This document shows positions 11,201-24,893 of a stretch of 33,814 bases of DNA, one piece after another. Numbering within the stretch: the stretch's first letter is position 1; every line of letters starts with the position of its first letter. Source of the DNA: Lama guanicoe (lineage: Eukaryota); NCBI GenBank assembly GCA_013239625.1, contig MU054355.1, forward strand, positions 1 through 33,814, given 5' to 3'. The position numbers and the translations under genes are program-made. The notes under the pieces are model-generated. The model had not been told where the DNA came from. It did no database searches and saw nothing but the letters and a program-made list of their open reading frames with translations.

Positions 11201-11640
11201 ATTAATCTGTAACTCTATTTTTTGCTCATGTGTCTGGTTAAAGTTTATCAATTTTATTTATATTTCAAAAGTCATTATTTAGTTTGATTAAATGTTTATA
11301 TTTTTAATCCTTATTATATTTAATTATGTTCTGTCCTTTCAGCTGTCTTTCCTTCTACTAAAAAGCTTTTTAGTATTTTGCTATATGTTTTGATTTTAAG
11401 AAAATATTATAACAGATAGATGTACCGTATTTGTATAAGTGGGATTATTTTGCTATAAGCATCCCTATTAATACTGGTTTTTATATACCCCATGGATTTT
11501 GTTTTTGTTGTCATTATTATTTATATATTTTTTCTTGATTTATACAGCAATCCATTTTTTGTTAATATTGTATTATTTATCCTCCACCCTTTAGAATTTT
11601 TCTTAGGTTTTTTCTTTTAGTAGATTTCTATTTTCACAGA
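8257..11640 (-). mobile_element. 5'-truncated decayed LINE-1 (ORF2 and bipartite 3' UTR), cetartiodactyl-type, with an internal deletion near 9633
   Basis: 3' end TTTTTCCTTCTGCTTCTATTGAGATATAA; ORF-track 9408..9743(-) contains LMHCWRECRFVLPL (ORF2 CCHC region); RT motif reverse of FAEDII at ~10300-10320. Confidence 0.92.
9129..9220. repeat. (TA)n / AT-rich expansion inside L1 3' region
   Basis: catatatatatatatataatatagatatatat... Confidence 0.8.
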
Positions 11641-13220
11641 ATCCATAAGTTTCTTCACAAAACATAGAGAAAAATAATAAAATTTATACAAACATCTGAA
11701 ACAACCAAATTTTCTAAAATTATTTTGAAAAATGAACATAGCTGTCGGTATTACCCTCCCAGAGTTTAGAACATAATTCAAAGCTACAGTAATCAATACA
11801 TCAAAATATGGCACTTAAACACATAGATCATTGGAACAAAATAAAGAGTCCAAAAATAAACCCACACACATATGGTCAATAAGTCTACAAATGAGGAGGC
11901 AAGTGTATACAATGGAAAAAAGGCAGTCTCTTCAACAAGTAGTTCTGAGAAAACAGGACAGTACATGTAAAAAGAAGATGTAAGAGCACTTCTTTCCATA
12001 GTATAAATAATGAGATAGAAATGGAATAATTTCCTAAATGGAAAGCCTGAAACTATACAATATCTGACCAAGAACAGGAGCAGAACTGACTTTGTGATAA
12101 ATCATAGCAATGTTTATTTTTGATCTGTCTCCAAATTAAAAAAAAAAGGAAACCTAACAATTACAGTTTTTAGTTTACTGAGGGAAAAATAGATGTGTTC
12201 TGCGATACAGGGGTTCTTTTTCTTGTAAAAGTGTGAAGTTGAAAACCTTTTACAGAGCAAAGGAAAATTTCAACAGGACATATGATAACAGACAGAATAG
12301 AAGGAAGTATTTCAGAAAATGGGACCAACAAGATGAAAATATCTATAATATATATATAGCATAAATATTCAATATTTAAAAAAAAAGACCCCAACTTAAA
12401 AACAGTTGAAGAATCTTCATGGAAACTTTTCAAAAAACACATGTGGATGAATTTCATGCACATAAAAATAATCATAATGTTGCTATACATTAGGAAAAAA
12501 TAAATCAATACCAGAATGAAATATAATTTTACAGCAACCAAAATGGGTATTAACAAAAATTCTACAAATGACAAACATTAAGAAGAATGTCGAGAAGAGG
12601 GAAACCAAGTACACTGTTGGTGGAAATATAAATTGATGCATCCACTATTGTAAAAGTGTGGACAGTGCTCAGAAAACTAGAAATAGAAGCATTATATGTT
12701 GCAGCAATTCCAGTTTTTGGTATAAATCTGAAAAAAAAAGATTAACTTAAAGAATATATTACCCCCAATGTTCTTAACATCATCATTTATAGTAGCCAAG
12801 GGTAGAAGCACAACTTAACCGCCCATCAACAGATGATTGGCTGAAATTGATGTGAGATATACATAACATAATAAATACTTAGTCACTGTACATTAAAAAA
12901 TAAAATTCTGCCATGTGGAACAATGTGACTGGACCCAGAGGGTGTTGCACATAGGAAAATAAGTCATACAGAGAAAAAAACTCTATGTTGTTACTTAAAC
13001 GAGGAAACTAAAAATATACAAGAAATAATCATTTAAAAAAACAGAAAAAGAATCACATATATATGTGTAATGTTCCAGGTAGTGGTTTCCTGTGGGGAAA
13101 GGGAAGAAGGATGGGGAAGACTGAAATGTGCAAGCTACAAGTAATAAATTAGAGAATCAACAGGGCTATATTTACAGCACAGAGAACTATTTTAATAATT
13201 TAAATGATTTTAAAGAGATT
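11641..13220 (+). mobile_element. 5'-truncated decayed LINE-1 (ORF2 C-terminal third and 3' UTR)
   Basis: GGTATTACCCTCCCAGAGTTT (GITLPEF), CAGTCTCTTCAACAAG, ACACTGTTGGTGGAAATATAAATTG, 3' UTR ending TACAGCACAGAGAAC; right boundary approximate. Confidence 0.9.
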
Positions 13221-13429
13221 ATAGGGATATATTTTAGTAAAAAGTGCATGTAGTTGGGGAAATCTTTGAAGAAAAACCCAGGAAAATCAAAATATTTTGT
13301 AGTAATATGATATTAAGAGAGGTGATTTGTTCACTTTCTTTAGTGTTCTTATAATGTCCTTAGAAGAATTTAAGCTTTTAATTGAAAAATTATATACTTT
13401 TAAAAGTGACATATGTTTAAACTATTTTT

Positions 13430-15445
13430 GTCTCTCCCCTTACATCTACAGTCAGTAAAATGTTCACATCTGACCAAAAATAACTACAACACAAACACTA
13501 CTCCAGAACGCATGTGAACAGGTGAAGTTCAGTGGACTAAAACACACAAAGGAGGCTGAACTGATGGAAGATCAGAGTTGGTGTCTGCAACCAAGGCCCC
13601 CTGAATAGGATATCTGAGTCCACAACTTCAGAGAACCCAGTAGAATCAGGGTCTCAGTAGTTCACACAGTTTCGGCCTCCAACTACACCAGTACTCATGG
13701 TCACATGTAACTAAGAGGGAGCCACAATGGAGACAGAAATTCCATCCTTCGGACACTCAGTCATTCATGAAACTGTCCCTACTCCCCATTCATAGTGGTG
13801 GAGACAAGTTACCTTGCAACACTGGACATGGCAAAGGCACTTGCCTGATTCCAAATACCCACCTGTCTTTACACCTTTCCTCAATGTGTACACTGATTCT
13901 CAAGACTTATCAGATAAAAGAAAGGGTTCTCCATCCCAGTGACAACAGTGGCATTAACTACCAGAGAAGTCTAAGAAGTGACAATGAAAGCACATCTTTT
14001 ATCCAGACAGCAACGACTGGAAAGTGCCATTTTGAAATATAATCAGAGGTAGCTCAGGTTAGTAAAACCAATAATTGTGCAATATTGCAAGCTACCAGAA
14101 CACAAAACAAGGACTCCAACTCCCAATCTGGTATAAAGATTCATCAGAGAAATAATATATCAAGATCATGACAAATCACAGTAACATTATAGGATATGCA
14201 GACACACAGAAAGACACACACAGACACCGACACAGACACAGACACCCATGCACACGCACCTGCACACACACAAACACATACACACAATGTCAACCCTACA
14301 GCAAACAAACTTATAGTCATGGTATATTGCCATATAACTTTTTAATAGAGAATCCAAATAGGTGTCATAGAGAATCTCAAAACAAATAAAAAATACTAAG
14401 AAAGTTGTTTAGTGAGCTCAGGAATAAATGAAATGATGATAAGGAATACATTACCAAAGAGATTGAAACTATAAAATTAACAATTATTGTTTGAGGCACA
14501 GTAGAACTTAATAGATGAAGAATGCAACAGAAAGCATTGGAAGTAGACTGTCTTTGTTGAATACAGATTAGCAAACTCACCAATACTAAACTAGAAATGA
14601 TAGAAGAGGGCAGAGATACAAGATATTAAAAAGTGAGGAAACTCAACAGTAGCCATCACACTTCCTCAGGAAGTGCACATTAGAGTGGAACCCTGGAGGG
14701 AGAAGACAGTTAGAAGACAGCTGATGGGTATTTAAAGAAGTAATAGTCGATAACTTCCCGAACCTTTGTAAGGAACTGATATACAAGTCCGTGAGCCAAA
14801 AAAACACAAATAATTTTAAGACAAAGGGAACCTTCTTCAAGATACGTCATATGCAAATTGGAAAGTCAATGACAGAGTAATATTTTAAAGGCAGCCAATA
14901 AAAGTTATGATAATCTACAAAGGAACCCCCATTAGGCTATCAGCAGACTTCTGAGAAGAAAACATACGCCAAGGGTAAATAAAATAACATTTTCAAACTA
15001 CTGAAATAAGAAATCACTCACCCAATAATACTTACACAGTTATCCCTTAGATATATAGTGAAAGTAAAGACCTTAACAGACAAACAAAACCTGAATGAAA
15101 TGAGAAAACAAAACCAAGACACCTTATAAGAGGTGTAGAAAGTAACTCTTCTAAGAAATATAAAATGGCAAAAATATGCAAAACATTGACCAAAATGCTA
15201 AGGAGAGACCACGAGAAAGTTGTAACTGTCCCTTTGGGTATGTTCTTAAATGCTACTATACTATATGTATTAAAGAGAGAAAAATAGGAAATCAGGGGAA
15301 ATAAGTATAGATAATTCAAACGGGTATCAAGTTCACAAGAGTAAAAGAAATAATTTGAAACAGTAATCATAAAAAGTAAAGTGTAAAATAAACAATATTA
15401 AAGGAAAATGCTATCAGTGGGAAAAGAAATAAATTATACATGATA
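13430..15445 (+). mobile_element. Old LINE-1 5' portion (5' UTR, ORF1 from ~14168, downstream spacer); no ORF2 visible
   Basis: ORF1 motifs EVIVDNFPNL (~14737-14766), LKAA, YKGTPIRLSADF (14916-14951); cut at ~15446 by a minus-strand L1 3' end; 5' boundary approximate. Confidence 0.8.
14198..14287. repeat. Imperfect (CA)n/(CAGACA)n microsatellite inside L1 ORF1
   Basis: cagacacacagaaagacacacacagacaccgacacagacacagacac...cacacacacaaacacatacacaca. Confidence 0.9.
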
Positions 15446-18400
15446 TGTTTTATTTTTAATTGAAGTACACTAGACGTATAATATTGTGTAGTTTCAGATG
15501 TACAGGATAGTGATAGAAACCACTTTGTATATTATATTGCATTATGAATTATTACAATAATTGTAACATACAAATATTTTAAGCTATTGTGTATAATTCC
15601 CTAATCTATACAGACAATCCTTGTTACTTCTCTACTTAATATATACTACTATGTATCTGTCAAAGTCCTACCATAAAATTCTCTTTCCCTTCCACTTTGG
15701 TAAACACAAATTTTTTCCCGTATCTTTGAGTCTGCTTAAGTCTTGTCTATCTAATCTGTTTACCTCTCAATAACGTCTCTATCTATCTCTCTATCACTCT
15801 ATCACTCTATCTATCTATCTATCTATCTATCATGTATGTATGTATCTATATTTCTATATATCTGTCATATATCATAGAAAGCTATAGATAGATGTACACA
15901 GATATTTGTTATTCTTTAGATTCCACATATAAACTATGTTATATACTTTTGTCTTTGTCTAAGTTACTTCACTAAGCACAATATTTACTAGGTCTTTCAT
16001 GATGCTGAAATAGCAATGTGTTATGATTTTTCATGGCTGAGTAATATTCCATCGCATATTTATAGAAGCATATCTTCTTAAGTGCATAGTCTACTGTGGA
16101 CTCTTCAATTGCTTCTTTGTCTTGCGTATTATAAACAGTGCTGTTGTGAACATTGGTTCTTCTCAATTTAGGGGGCTTTCCCCAGATTTTTCCTATGAGA
16201 TATATTACTGGGTCATATGGCAGTTAACTTTTTGTTTTTAAACAAATCTGAATACTGTTTTCCTTAGAAGTTGTACCAATTTATATTCCTACCAATAGTA
16301 TACAAGAGATTTCTTACCTACACATCGTCTCCAACACTTACTATTTGTAGAGTTTTTGATAATAGCCGTTTCAACAGTGTGAAGTGATACCTCATTGTGG
16401 TTTTGATTTGCAATTACATAATAATTAGTAATGTTGAGAAATTTTTTCACTTGCCTGTTACTCATCTGAATGTTTTCTTTGGACAAATATTAACTCAGGT
16501 ACTCTGCTTTGTTTTTCATTGGGTTTTTGTTTTTCAATTTGAGTTGTGCAACCTAAATCCATGTTACATCTATTGACCTACATCTATTAACCCCAGGTCA
16601 CTTGCATTGTTTAAAAATATGATCTCCAATTACACAGGCAACGTTTTCATTTCATTGATAGTGTCCTTAGCTGTGCAGAAATTTTCAAGATTGTTTAGGT
16701 CCCACTTGCTTATATTTACTTTTATTCTTTTGCCTTAGGAGACTGATATAGGAAAATATTCCTATGATGCATATCCAAAAGTGTATCACCTATATTCCCT
16801 TCTAGAAATTTTATAGTATCAGGTCTTACATTTAGTTCTTTAGTACACTTGGATTTTATTTTTGTATATGATGTCAGGGAATGCTCTCATTTTACTGTTT
16901 TAAATGTAGATGTCCAGCATTCCCAACACCATCCATTGATGATACTCTCTTTTCTCTATTGTGAACTCTTGCCCCTTTTATCATTGATTCATTGCTCATA
17001 GGTATGTGGAATTATTTCTAGGCTCTCTCTCTGTTTTTATTGATTATATCTCTGTGCCAATGCCATGGTGTTTTATTATTGTAGGTTTTTAGTAGAGTAA
17101 GGTATCCAGGAGGGTTATATCTCCAGATTTGTTGTTTTTTCTCAAGATCATTTCAGCAATTTTTAATGGTTTCATGTAAAACTTAGAGTTATTTACTTTC
17201 TGGTTCTGTGGAAAATACTACATCTTTGTAAGAGGAATTGCACTATATCCTTAGGTTTCTTTGTGTAGTACGCCCATGTTAACAATATGAACTCATTCAA
17301 TCCAAGACCACAAGACATCTTTCCATTTCTTTGAAACATTTTTAATTTCTTTGTCAAAGTTTTATAATTTTCAGTGAGTAGGACTTTCACATATGTACTT
17401 ACATTTATTCCAAGATATTCGGGGGAATGGGGTTTTAAATATTATTGCTTTCAACATCCATTTTATGGTATCTCATGATTAATGTGGACAAATTCAAGAG
17501 ATGTCTTTACATTAACCTTGTACCCTGCTCCCTTGATGAAATTATTTATTGTTCATAATAGTCATTGTGGAGCCCTTAGGACTCTCTGTGTAGATTTTAT
17601 GCCTTCAGTACTGGTGACAATTTTGCATCTTTCTTTCCATTTTGTGTTTCTTTTACCACTTTTTCTTTTCCTTTTCCTTTCTTCTATTATTATTGAACAG
17701 AATTGGTGTGAGTAGGAATCCTTGACTTGTTCCCGAATTTCCCCAGAGGGCTTTCAGCCTTTCTCCTGAGTATTGTAATTTGTTATAAATGGCCTTTACT
17801 ATGTTGAGAAATGTTCCCATTGTACTCAAATTCATGAGAGTTCTGATGATGAATGTATGTTGAATTTTGTCAAATGCTTTTTCTTTGTGTATTGACATGG
17901 TCTTGTGAATTTTGTCCTTCCTTTATTAGATATGTGTCATGCTGCTTGACTTGTGTATGTTGAACCATCCTTGTGAATCTGGAAGGAATCCAACTGATCA
18001 TTGTTTATAACCCTTTCTATGTATTGCTGGATTAATTAGTTGAAATTTTTTGAGGAATTTTGAATCTATATTCATCAAGGATATTGGATTTTAAATTTTT
18101 TTTTGGTAGTGTCTTTTACTGGTTTTGTTATAAGGGTAATGGTGGCCTCATGGAATACCTTTGGGAATTGTCTTTCCTCCTTCATTTTTGAAAATAGTTG
18201 GGGGAAAGCGGTTTTAGTGAAGGAATCCAGGCATTTTGTTCAAGGGGTGTTTCCAAATTATACATTTTATTTAACTTAAACTGATTGCTCTATTCAAGTT
18301 CTCAGTTTTCTCTTTATTCAGTCTTGGCAGGCTGTACATTTCTAGAAATTTGTCCATTTCTTTTTCGTCATCCAGTTGGTTGTCACGTAGCAGCTCATAG

Positions 18401-19490
18401 TGCTTTTATAATCTTTTTTGCATTTCTGTAATATCGGATATTATTTCTACTGTTTCATTTCTTATTTTGTTTGGGTCCATTCTCTGTATTTCTTGATAAC
18501 CCTGGCTAAATGCTTTCCTGTTTGATAATATTTTAAGAAAAATTAAAGCTGTTGATTTTAAGATTTGTAATTTATTTTTCAACTTTTATTTCATTTATTT
18601 TCAACTTAAACATTAAAGATTTCTCATTCTACTGCCTTTGGCTTTTGTTTGTTCTTATTTCTTGTGATTTTGGGTGGTAAGCTTGGTCCTTTCTATGAGG
18701 TTTTTCTTGTTCCTTGTAGAAGGCCTGATTTGTTCGAAACTTAGCTCATAGAAATATCTTGGATGCATTCCATACATTTAATGAAGCTGTCTTTTCATTG
18801 TAATTTGTCTCCATGTGTTATTTTATTACCTCTTTGATTTCATCATTGACCTTGTTTTATTGTATTTTTGTAAAAGATATGGCTTGACCTCATGTTTGTG
18901 CTTTTCCGATTCTTCTTTCTAGAGTTGATGCATAGTTTCATAATTTTGTGTTTGGAAAAATACTTGCTATAATCTATATTTGCTTAAAGTTCCTGAGGCT
19001 TATTTAATGACATAATATGTGGTTAATTCCTTAGATAACATCCTGTGCACACTTGAAATGTTTATGTGTTCTGCTTTTCTGATGCAGTGTCAAATAACTC
19101 AGTTTGGTTAAAATGAACTAATATGCTATTAAGACCTCTGTTTCCTTACAGATATGTTTTCTGGATGATCTGATCATTACAATAGTGAGATGCTAAACTC
19201 TTCTACTATTGCTGTTTTATAATGAATTAATTCTTTCATGTCTAGTAAAATTTCTTTTTATATTTAGGATCTATGGTGTTGGGCCATATATAATTTAATG
19301 AATGTAATTCCCAATTTTTTTGATGTCATTTTTTTATATTATCTCATATATCTTTCATTTTGGCCCTTATATTAAAACGTATTTTGCATGAGTTGAGCAT
19401 TGCAATCTGCACATACTTGTCAATTCCATTGAATAACTTTTCCATTTATTTCCAGACTATGTTTATCTTCCAACATAAAGTGAGACTTTT
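15446..19490 (-). mobile_element. Decayed LINE-1: 3' UTR plus most of ORF2, broken within the endonuclease domain
   Basis: 3' end TTTATTTTTAATTGAAGTACACT; ORF-track 16289..16486(-) KCWRRCVGKKSLVYYW, 17193..17390(-) LLTENYKTL, 17653..17898(-) EKAFDKIQH. Confidence 0.93.
15776..15850. repeat. Compound (CTAT)n/(GTAT)n microsatellite in L1 3' UTR
   Basis: tctctatctatctctctatcactctatcactctatctatctatctatctatctatcatgtatgtatgtat. Confidence 0.92.
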
Positions 19491-19492
19491 TT

Positions 19493-21103
19493 GGGGGGAA
19501 GGCAAAGATGGTGGAGCAGAAGAATGCTCATAGCACACCCTTTCCCACAAATTCACCAAGATTCACATCCACAGACCCACTCAGCTAATCAGAGAACCTG
19601 CAGAAATGTGACAGAACATTGTCCACTTCAATAGATAAAGATGCAAAAAATCTGGTAGGAGAAAAGGAAGAAAGAAAGAAGAATAGGCAAAACAGAGTGA
19701 GACCAGTACCACGGGTAGGGAGCAGCAAATAAGTACTGGTACTCATTCACTGTGTCTCCCCTCTCCATCTGAGAGATCGGCATGACAGAGGGGGCGCCTC
19801 CAAGGCTTGGACCTGTACAATGTATAAGTTGACTGACAGAACTAACATAAACAGGAATAGAGGATCCCTGTGAGATCCAGCAAATGATGCATTTGGAAGC
19901 TGGGGACAGAGCCATGCTGAACAAGCTGGGTGGTTGATGGGGATGGTGGCACTGTGGCAGCACAGGTGAATGGAGAGGGTTTTGTGCCATGGCAGTGGGT
20001 GAACAGGGCAGAACAACATGGTCTCTTCATAAAACAACAGTGCAGATGTGCACAGTGGGGAGAAGGGTGCATTCCCCATCTCTGAAATTCCTCGAAAGTT
20101 TGTAGGTGAAGAGAGCTGGGGCTCAGATCCAGCCACCATAGCCTCTGGTGCTTTGCACCCAGGTGGCAGAGCGGGCAAAAACTGCATCTACACCTAAGGA
20201 CTTAGCAGCCTCAAGGGACAGATAGAGACTTGTCTACAGCCTAAGGCAGATAGGATCCTACTGTAATGGCTCCTCAGGGAACTTGTCCGCCAAGAGAACA
20301 AGGAGCTGGATTTTGGCCCAGACCATGGACAGGGTAGTTCCTCAATCTTCCCTGAGCCCAATTCTGATGTGCAAACCTGAGGCATAGCGTACAGTGGCAC
20401 AGAGCAACAGAGTGATCGGTACACATAGGGGGCCGGTGGACCCCCATGTTTTGGGCTGGAATGCAGCCCCTGACCATGATGCTGGGAGAGGGAGTGATGC
20501 CCAATCCTGCCTGGTCAGTCTGCAACATCTGACTGCAACATCGGTGAGGCAGTTACAATCCAGCCCATGGTAAAGAGAGCTACACCTGAAGCAGTGTTGG
20601 GTGTAGGAGCGATCAGCTTGCCGACATGCCCTGGGAGCAGCACAGATGAGGGCTTCAATGGAGGGCATCTGGAAACAGCAAGCTGACCTTCCAAAACATG
20701 ATGAATACATAAAGATTTCACATTAAAATTACACACTCTCCAGGAGGACACTGACCACCTACTCGTTTTAATCTGTTTTAACCGGTTCCATTTTCTATTA
20801 CCCTCCTAACTTCTACTTCTTATGCAATTATATTTACCCCCATTTTCATCCCTTTGTAACTTTTAAAAATATTTTTATTATTATTATATTTCAAAACTGA
20901 GCTTCAACTTGCTTTTCTATTATTCATTATAGAATGTCTTCAAAGCTTTATTTCTCCCTTCTTGAAAATTCTTTATCTCTCTCTCTCTTTATTCTGTTTT
21001 CTAAGTTGTATTACTACATAGGCATTAGGTAGATAAACCCTTTTAGGACAACAGTAGATAAATGATACACCAGAAACCACAGTGCCAGAGAGGTAGGATA
21101 AAG
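19493..21103 (+). promoter_or_regulatory. L1 5' UTR internal promoter relic with mutated YY1-type site
   Basis: AAGATGGTGG at 19505-19514 (CpG-decayed form of AAGATGGCGG typical of L1 starts); main GC-rich tract of the window, CpG-poor. Confidence 0.6.
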
Positions 21104-21952
21104 ATGAAAGAGCAGAGAAACCATTCCCAATTAAAATAACAGGAGAAATCCTCTGAAAGGACGATCAGTGAAATAGACAAAGATATCTTAGTAGATCAAG
21201 ATTTCAAAAAAGGTGTGATCAAAGTACTGAAGCAAATAAAAGAGAGAGTGTCAAAAATGAAATGGAAGCTATAAATAAGAGCCGAGTAGAATAGGTAAAC
21301 TCATTAACTGAAATGAGGAATTATCTAAAGGCATCACAAAGCTGACTAGATAACAGAGAGGAACGAATTACTGACTTTGAAGGCAAGACAATAGAAAGCT
21401 TCCAATCAGAAGAGCTAAAAGAGAAACAATGAGAGACAAATGAAAAAAGCATAAGGGACCTTTGGCAGAATAGAAAGCATGTCAATCTTGGAATGATAGA
21501 AGTCCCAGAAGGGGAGGAATGATCAAAGGGGATTGCAAAGTTGTTTGAAGAAATCATGACTGAGCACTTCCCAAACTTAAAGAAGGAATCAGATATCCAA
21601 GTACAGGAAACTCAGAGTGCCCCAAACAGGAAGAACCCAAATACACCCACAGCAAGTCATAAAATTAATATGGCCATGGTCAGGGATAAAGAAATGATCC
21701 TAAAGGCAGCAAAAGAATAGCAAGAGTGAGTTACAAGGGAATCCCCATAAGGCTCCCAGCTGATTTCACTACACAAATACTACAGGACATAAAGTAGTGG
21801 CAAGATATATTCAGAGACTTGAATGAAAAAAAACAGCAAGGCTATCCTTTATGGTAGAAGGAGACATAAATTATTTTGCAGAGAAGAAAAAGCTACAAGA
21901 GTTTAGCAACACTAGACCCATGCTAAAACAAATATTGAAAATTCTACTCTAA
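21104..21952 (+). pseudogene. L1 ORF1 (RNA-binding protein), disrupted
   Basis: MKEQRNHSQLK*; EEIMTEHFPNL; YKGIPIRLPADF at ~21732; C-terminus TRPMLKQILKILL*. Confidence 0.88.
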
Positions 21953-23073
21953 AAAGAAAAGAAGCAGGATGCTAGAGAAATGTGAAACTCACAGCTAGAA
22001 AGTCATAAATTACAAATAAAACAAACACAAAATTTTAAAACAAGACAAATCATTGAGAGTGGGAGAGGGAGGCAGGAAAACAGAATTTTCTCTTTTGGGT
22101 CTTTATTTTTAAAATTTTTTGTTCTCGGTAGGATGGGTTGAGATGAAGTTACTATCAGTTTAATAAAAGCTGTTATAATAATGGTCTAAAAGACTTATAA
22201 AAAGGGGTAACAAGAAGACAAACCTTTTCAGGGAGTCAGTAAAGCTAAATAAAATTCATGTTAATACAAAATAAAATTACCAGACCATAAAATGAAGATG
22301 AAAGGAACAAAGAGGAAATACTAAATCAACTGAAAAATAAGGTGAAAATGGCAATAAAATCAAACCTATCATAAATTAATGTAAATGTTAATGGACTAAA
22401 TGCTCCAGTCGAAAGTAATATGGTGGCATGCTGGATAAAAAAGCAAGAACCTTCAATATGCTGCATACAAGAGACCCACTTCAGAGAGAAGAACACATAT
22501 AGATTGAGAGTGAAACGATGGAAAAGGGTATTCCATACAAATGGAAAAGCAAAATAAGCAGGTGTTGCAGTACCGACTACTGACAAAATAGTCTTTAAAA
22601 CAAATGCGATAAAGAAAGATAAGGAAGGACATTTTATAACGATTCAATGAGTGATAAAAGATGAGGATAACACACTCGTTAATACACATGCACCAAAGAG
22701 AGGAGCACCTAAGTACATAAAATAATTACTAACAGATATAAAGTGGGATAGTTATAGGAATCTAATCACAGTTGGAAATTTAAACATGCATTAATATCAC
22801 TGGAAAGATCACCGAGATAGAAAATAAATTAGGCAACAGAGAAGTTAAATAATACAATAGAAATATTACTATTGGTGGATATTTTCAGAGCATTGTACAC
22901 AACACAATATAAGATAAACATTCTTTTCAAGTGCACATGGAATAGCTTCCAGGTTTCATGATGTACTTGGGCACAAAAGAAACCTCAGCAATTTTAAGAA
23001 GATAGAAATTACCTCAAGCATTTTTACTGAACACAATACAATGAAGCTAGAAATCTGCAATAGAGAAAAAAAG
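21834..23073 (+). repeat. Direct repeat copy A (1240 bp)
   Basis: Matches 23653-24893 at offset 1819 with 8 substitutions and one A-run length difference by manual comparison. Confidence 0.97.
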
Positions 23074-23652
23074 NNNNNNNNNNNNNNNNNNNNNNNNNNN
23101 NNNNNNNNNNNNNNNNNNNNNNNNNNNNNNNNNNNNNNNNNNNNNNNNNNNNNNNNNNNNNNNNNNNNNNNNNNNNNNNNNNNNNNNNNNNNNNNNNNNN
23201 NNNNNNNNNNNNNNNNNNNNNNNNNNNNNNNNNNNNNNNNNNNNNNNNNNNNNNNNNNNNNNNNNNNNNNNNNNNNNNNNNNNNNNNNNNNNNNNNNNNN
23301 NNNNNNNNNNNNNNNNNNNNNNNNNNNNNNNNNNNNNNNNNNNNNNNNNNNNNNNNNNNNNNNNNNNNNNNNNNNNNNNNNNNNNNNNNNNNNNNNNNNN
23401 NNNNNNNNNNNNNNNNNNNNNNNNNNNNNNNNNNNNNNNNNNNNNNNNNNNNNNNNNNNNNNNNNNNNNNNNNNNNNNNNNNNNNNNNNNNNNNNNNNNN
23501 NNNNNNNNNNNNNNNNNNNNNNNNNNNNNNNNNNNNNNNNNNNNNNNNNNNNNNNNNNNNNNNNNNNNNNNNNNNNNNNNNNNNNNNNNNNNNNNNNNNN
23601 NNNNNNNNNNNNNNNNNNNNNNNNNNNNNNNNNNNNNNNNNNNNNNNNNNNN
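23074..23652. other. Assembly gap (579 N) between the two repeat copies
   Basis: Run of N. Confidence 1.
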
Positions 23653-24893
23653 CAGCAAGGCTATCCTTTATGGTAGAAGGAGACATAAATTATTTTGCAG
23701 AGAAGAAAAAGCTACAAGAGTTTAGCAACACTAGACCCATGCTAAAACAAATATTGAAAATTCTACTCTAAAAAGAAAAGAAGCAGGATGCTACAGAAAT
23801 GTGAAACTCACAGCTAGAAAGTCATAAATTACAAATAAAACAAACACAAAATTTTAAAACAAGACAAATCATTGAGAGTGGGAGAGGGAGGCAGGAAAAC
23901 AGAATTTTCTTTTTTTGGTCTTCATTTTTAAAATTTTTTGTTCTCGGTAGGATGGGTTGAGATCAAGTTACTATCAGTTTAATAAAAGCTGTTATAATAA
24001 TGGTCTAAAAGACTTATAAAAAGGGGTAACAAGAAGACAAACCTTTTCAGGGAGTCAGTAAAGCTAAATAAAATTCATGTTAATACAAAATAAAATTACC
24101 AGACCATAAAATGAAGATGAAAGGAACAAAGAGGAAATACTAAATCAACTGAAAAATAAGGTGAAAATGGCAATAAAATCAAACCTATCATAAATTAATG
24201 TAAATGTTAATGGACTAAATGCTCCAGTCGAAAGTAATAGGGTGGCATGCTGGATAAAAAAGCAAGAACCTTCAATATGCTGCATACAAGAGACCCACTT
24301 CAGAGAGAAGAACACATATAGATTGAGAGTGAAACGATGGAAAAGGGTATTCCATACAAATGGAAAAGCAAAATAAGCAGGTGTTGCAGTACCGACTACT
24401 GACAAAATAGTCTTTAAAACAAATGCGATAAAGAAAGATAAGGAAGGACATTTTATAACGATTCAATGAGTGATAAAAGATGAGGATAACACACTCGTTA
24501 ATACACATGCACCAAAGAGAGGAGCACCTAAGTACATAAAATAATTACTAACAGATATAAAGTGGGATAGTTATAGGAATCTAATCACAGTTGGAAATTT
24601 AAACATGCATTAATATCACTGGAAAGATCACCGAGATAGAAAATAAATTAGGCAACAGAGAAGTTAAATAATACAATAGAAATATTACTATTGGTGGATA
24701 TTTTCAGAGCATTGTACACAACACAATATAAGATAAACATTCTTTTCAAGTGCACATGGAATAGCTTCCAGGTTTCATGATGTACTTGGGCACAAAAGAA
24801 ACCTCAGCAATTTTAAGAAGATAGAAATTACCTCAAGCATTTTTCCTGAACACAATACAATGAAGCTAGAAATCTGCAATTGAGAAAAAAAAG
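23653..24893 (+). repeat. Direct repeat copy B
   Basis: Begins cagcaaggctatcc as at 21834; duplicated ORF-track entries 22326/24145 and 22453/24272. Confidence 0.97.

Noticed and set aside
11560..11720. Twin-priming inversion at the minus/plus L1 junction (similarly at ~1655)
   Set aside because: The two arms overlap in L1 consensus coordinates, and at 11640 each arm has its own 3' UTR, so they are separate insertions
14168..14389. His/Arg/Thr-repeat peptide (HRHRHRH)
   Set aside because: Translation of a CA microsatellite inside decayed L1 ORF1
19628..20751. Cluster of overlapping minus-strand ORFs, possible ORF0-like antisense gene
   Set aside because: GC-rich L1 5' UTR has few stop codons; no recognisable protein similarity, and ORF0 is known from primate L1
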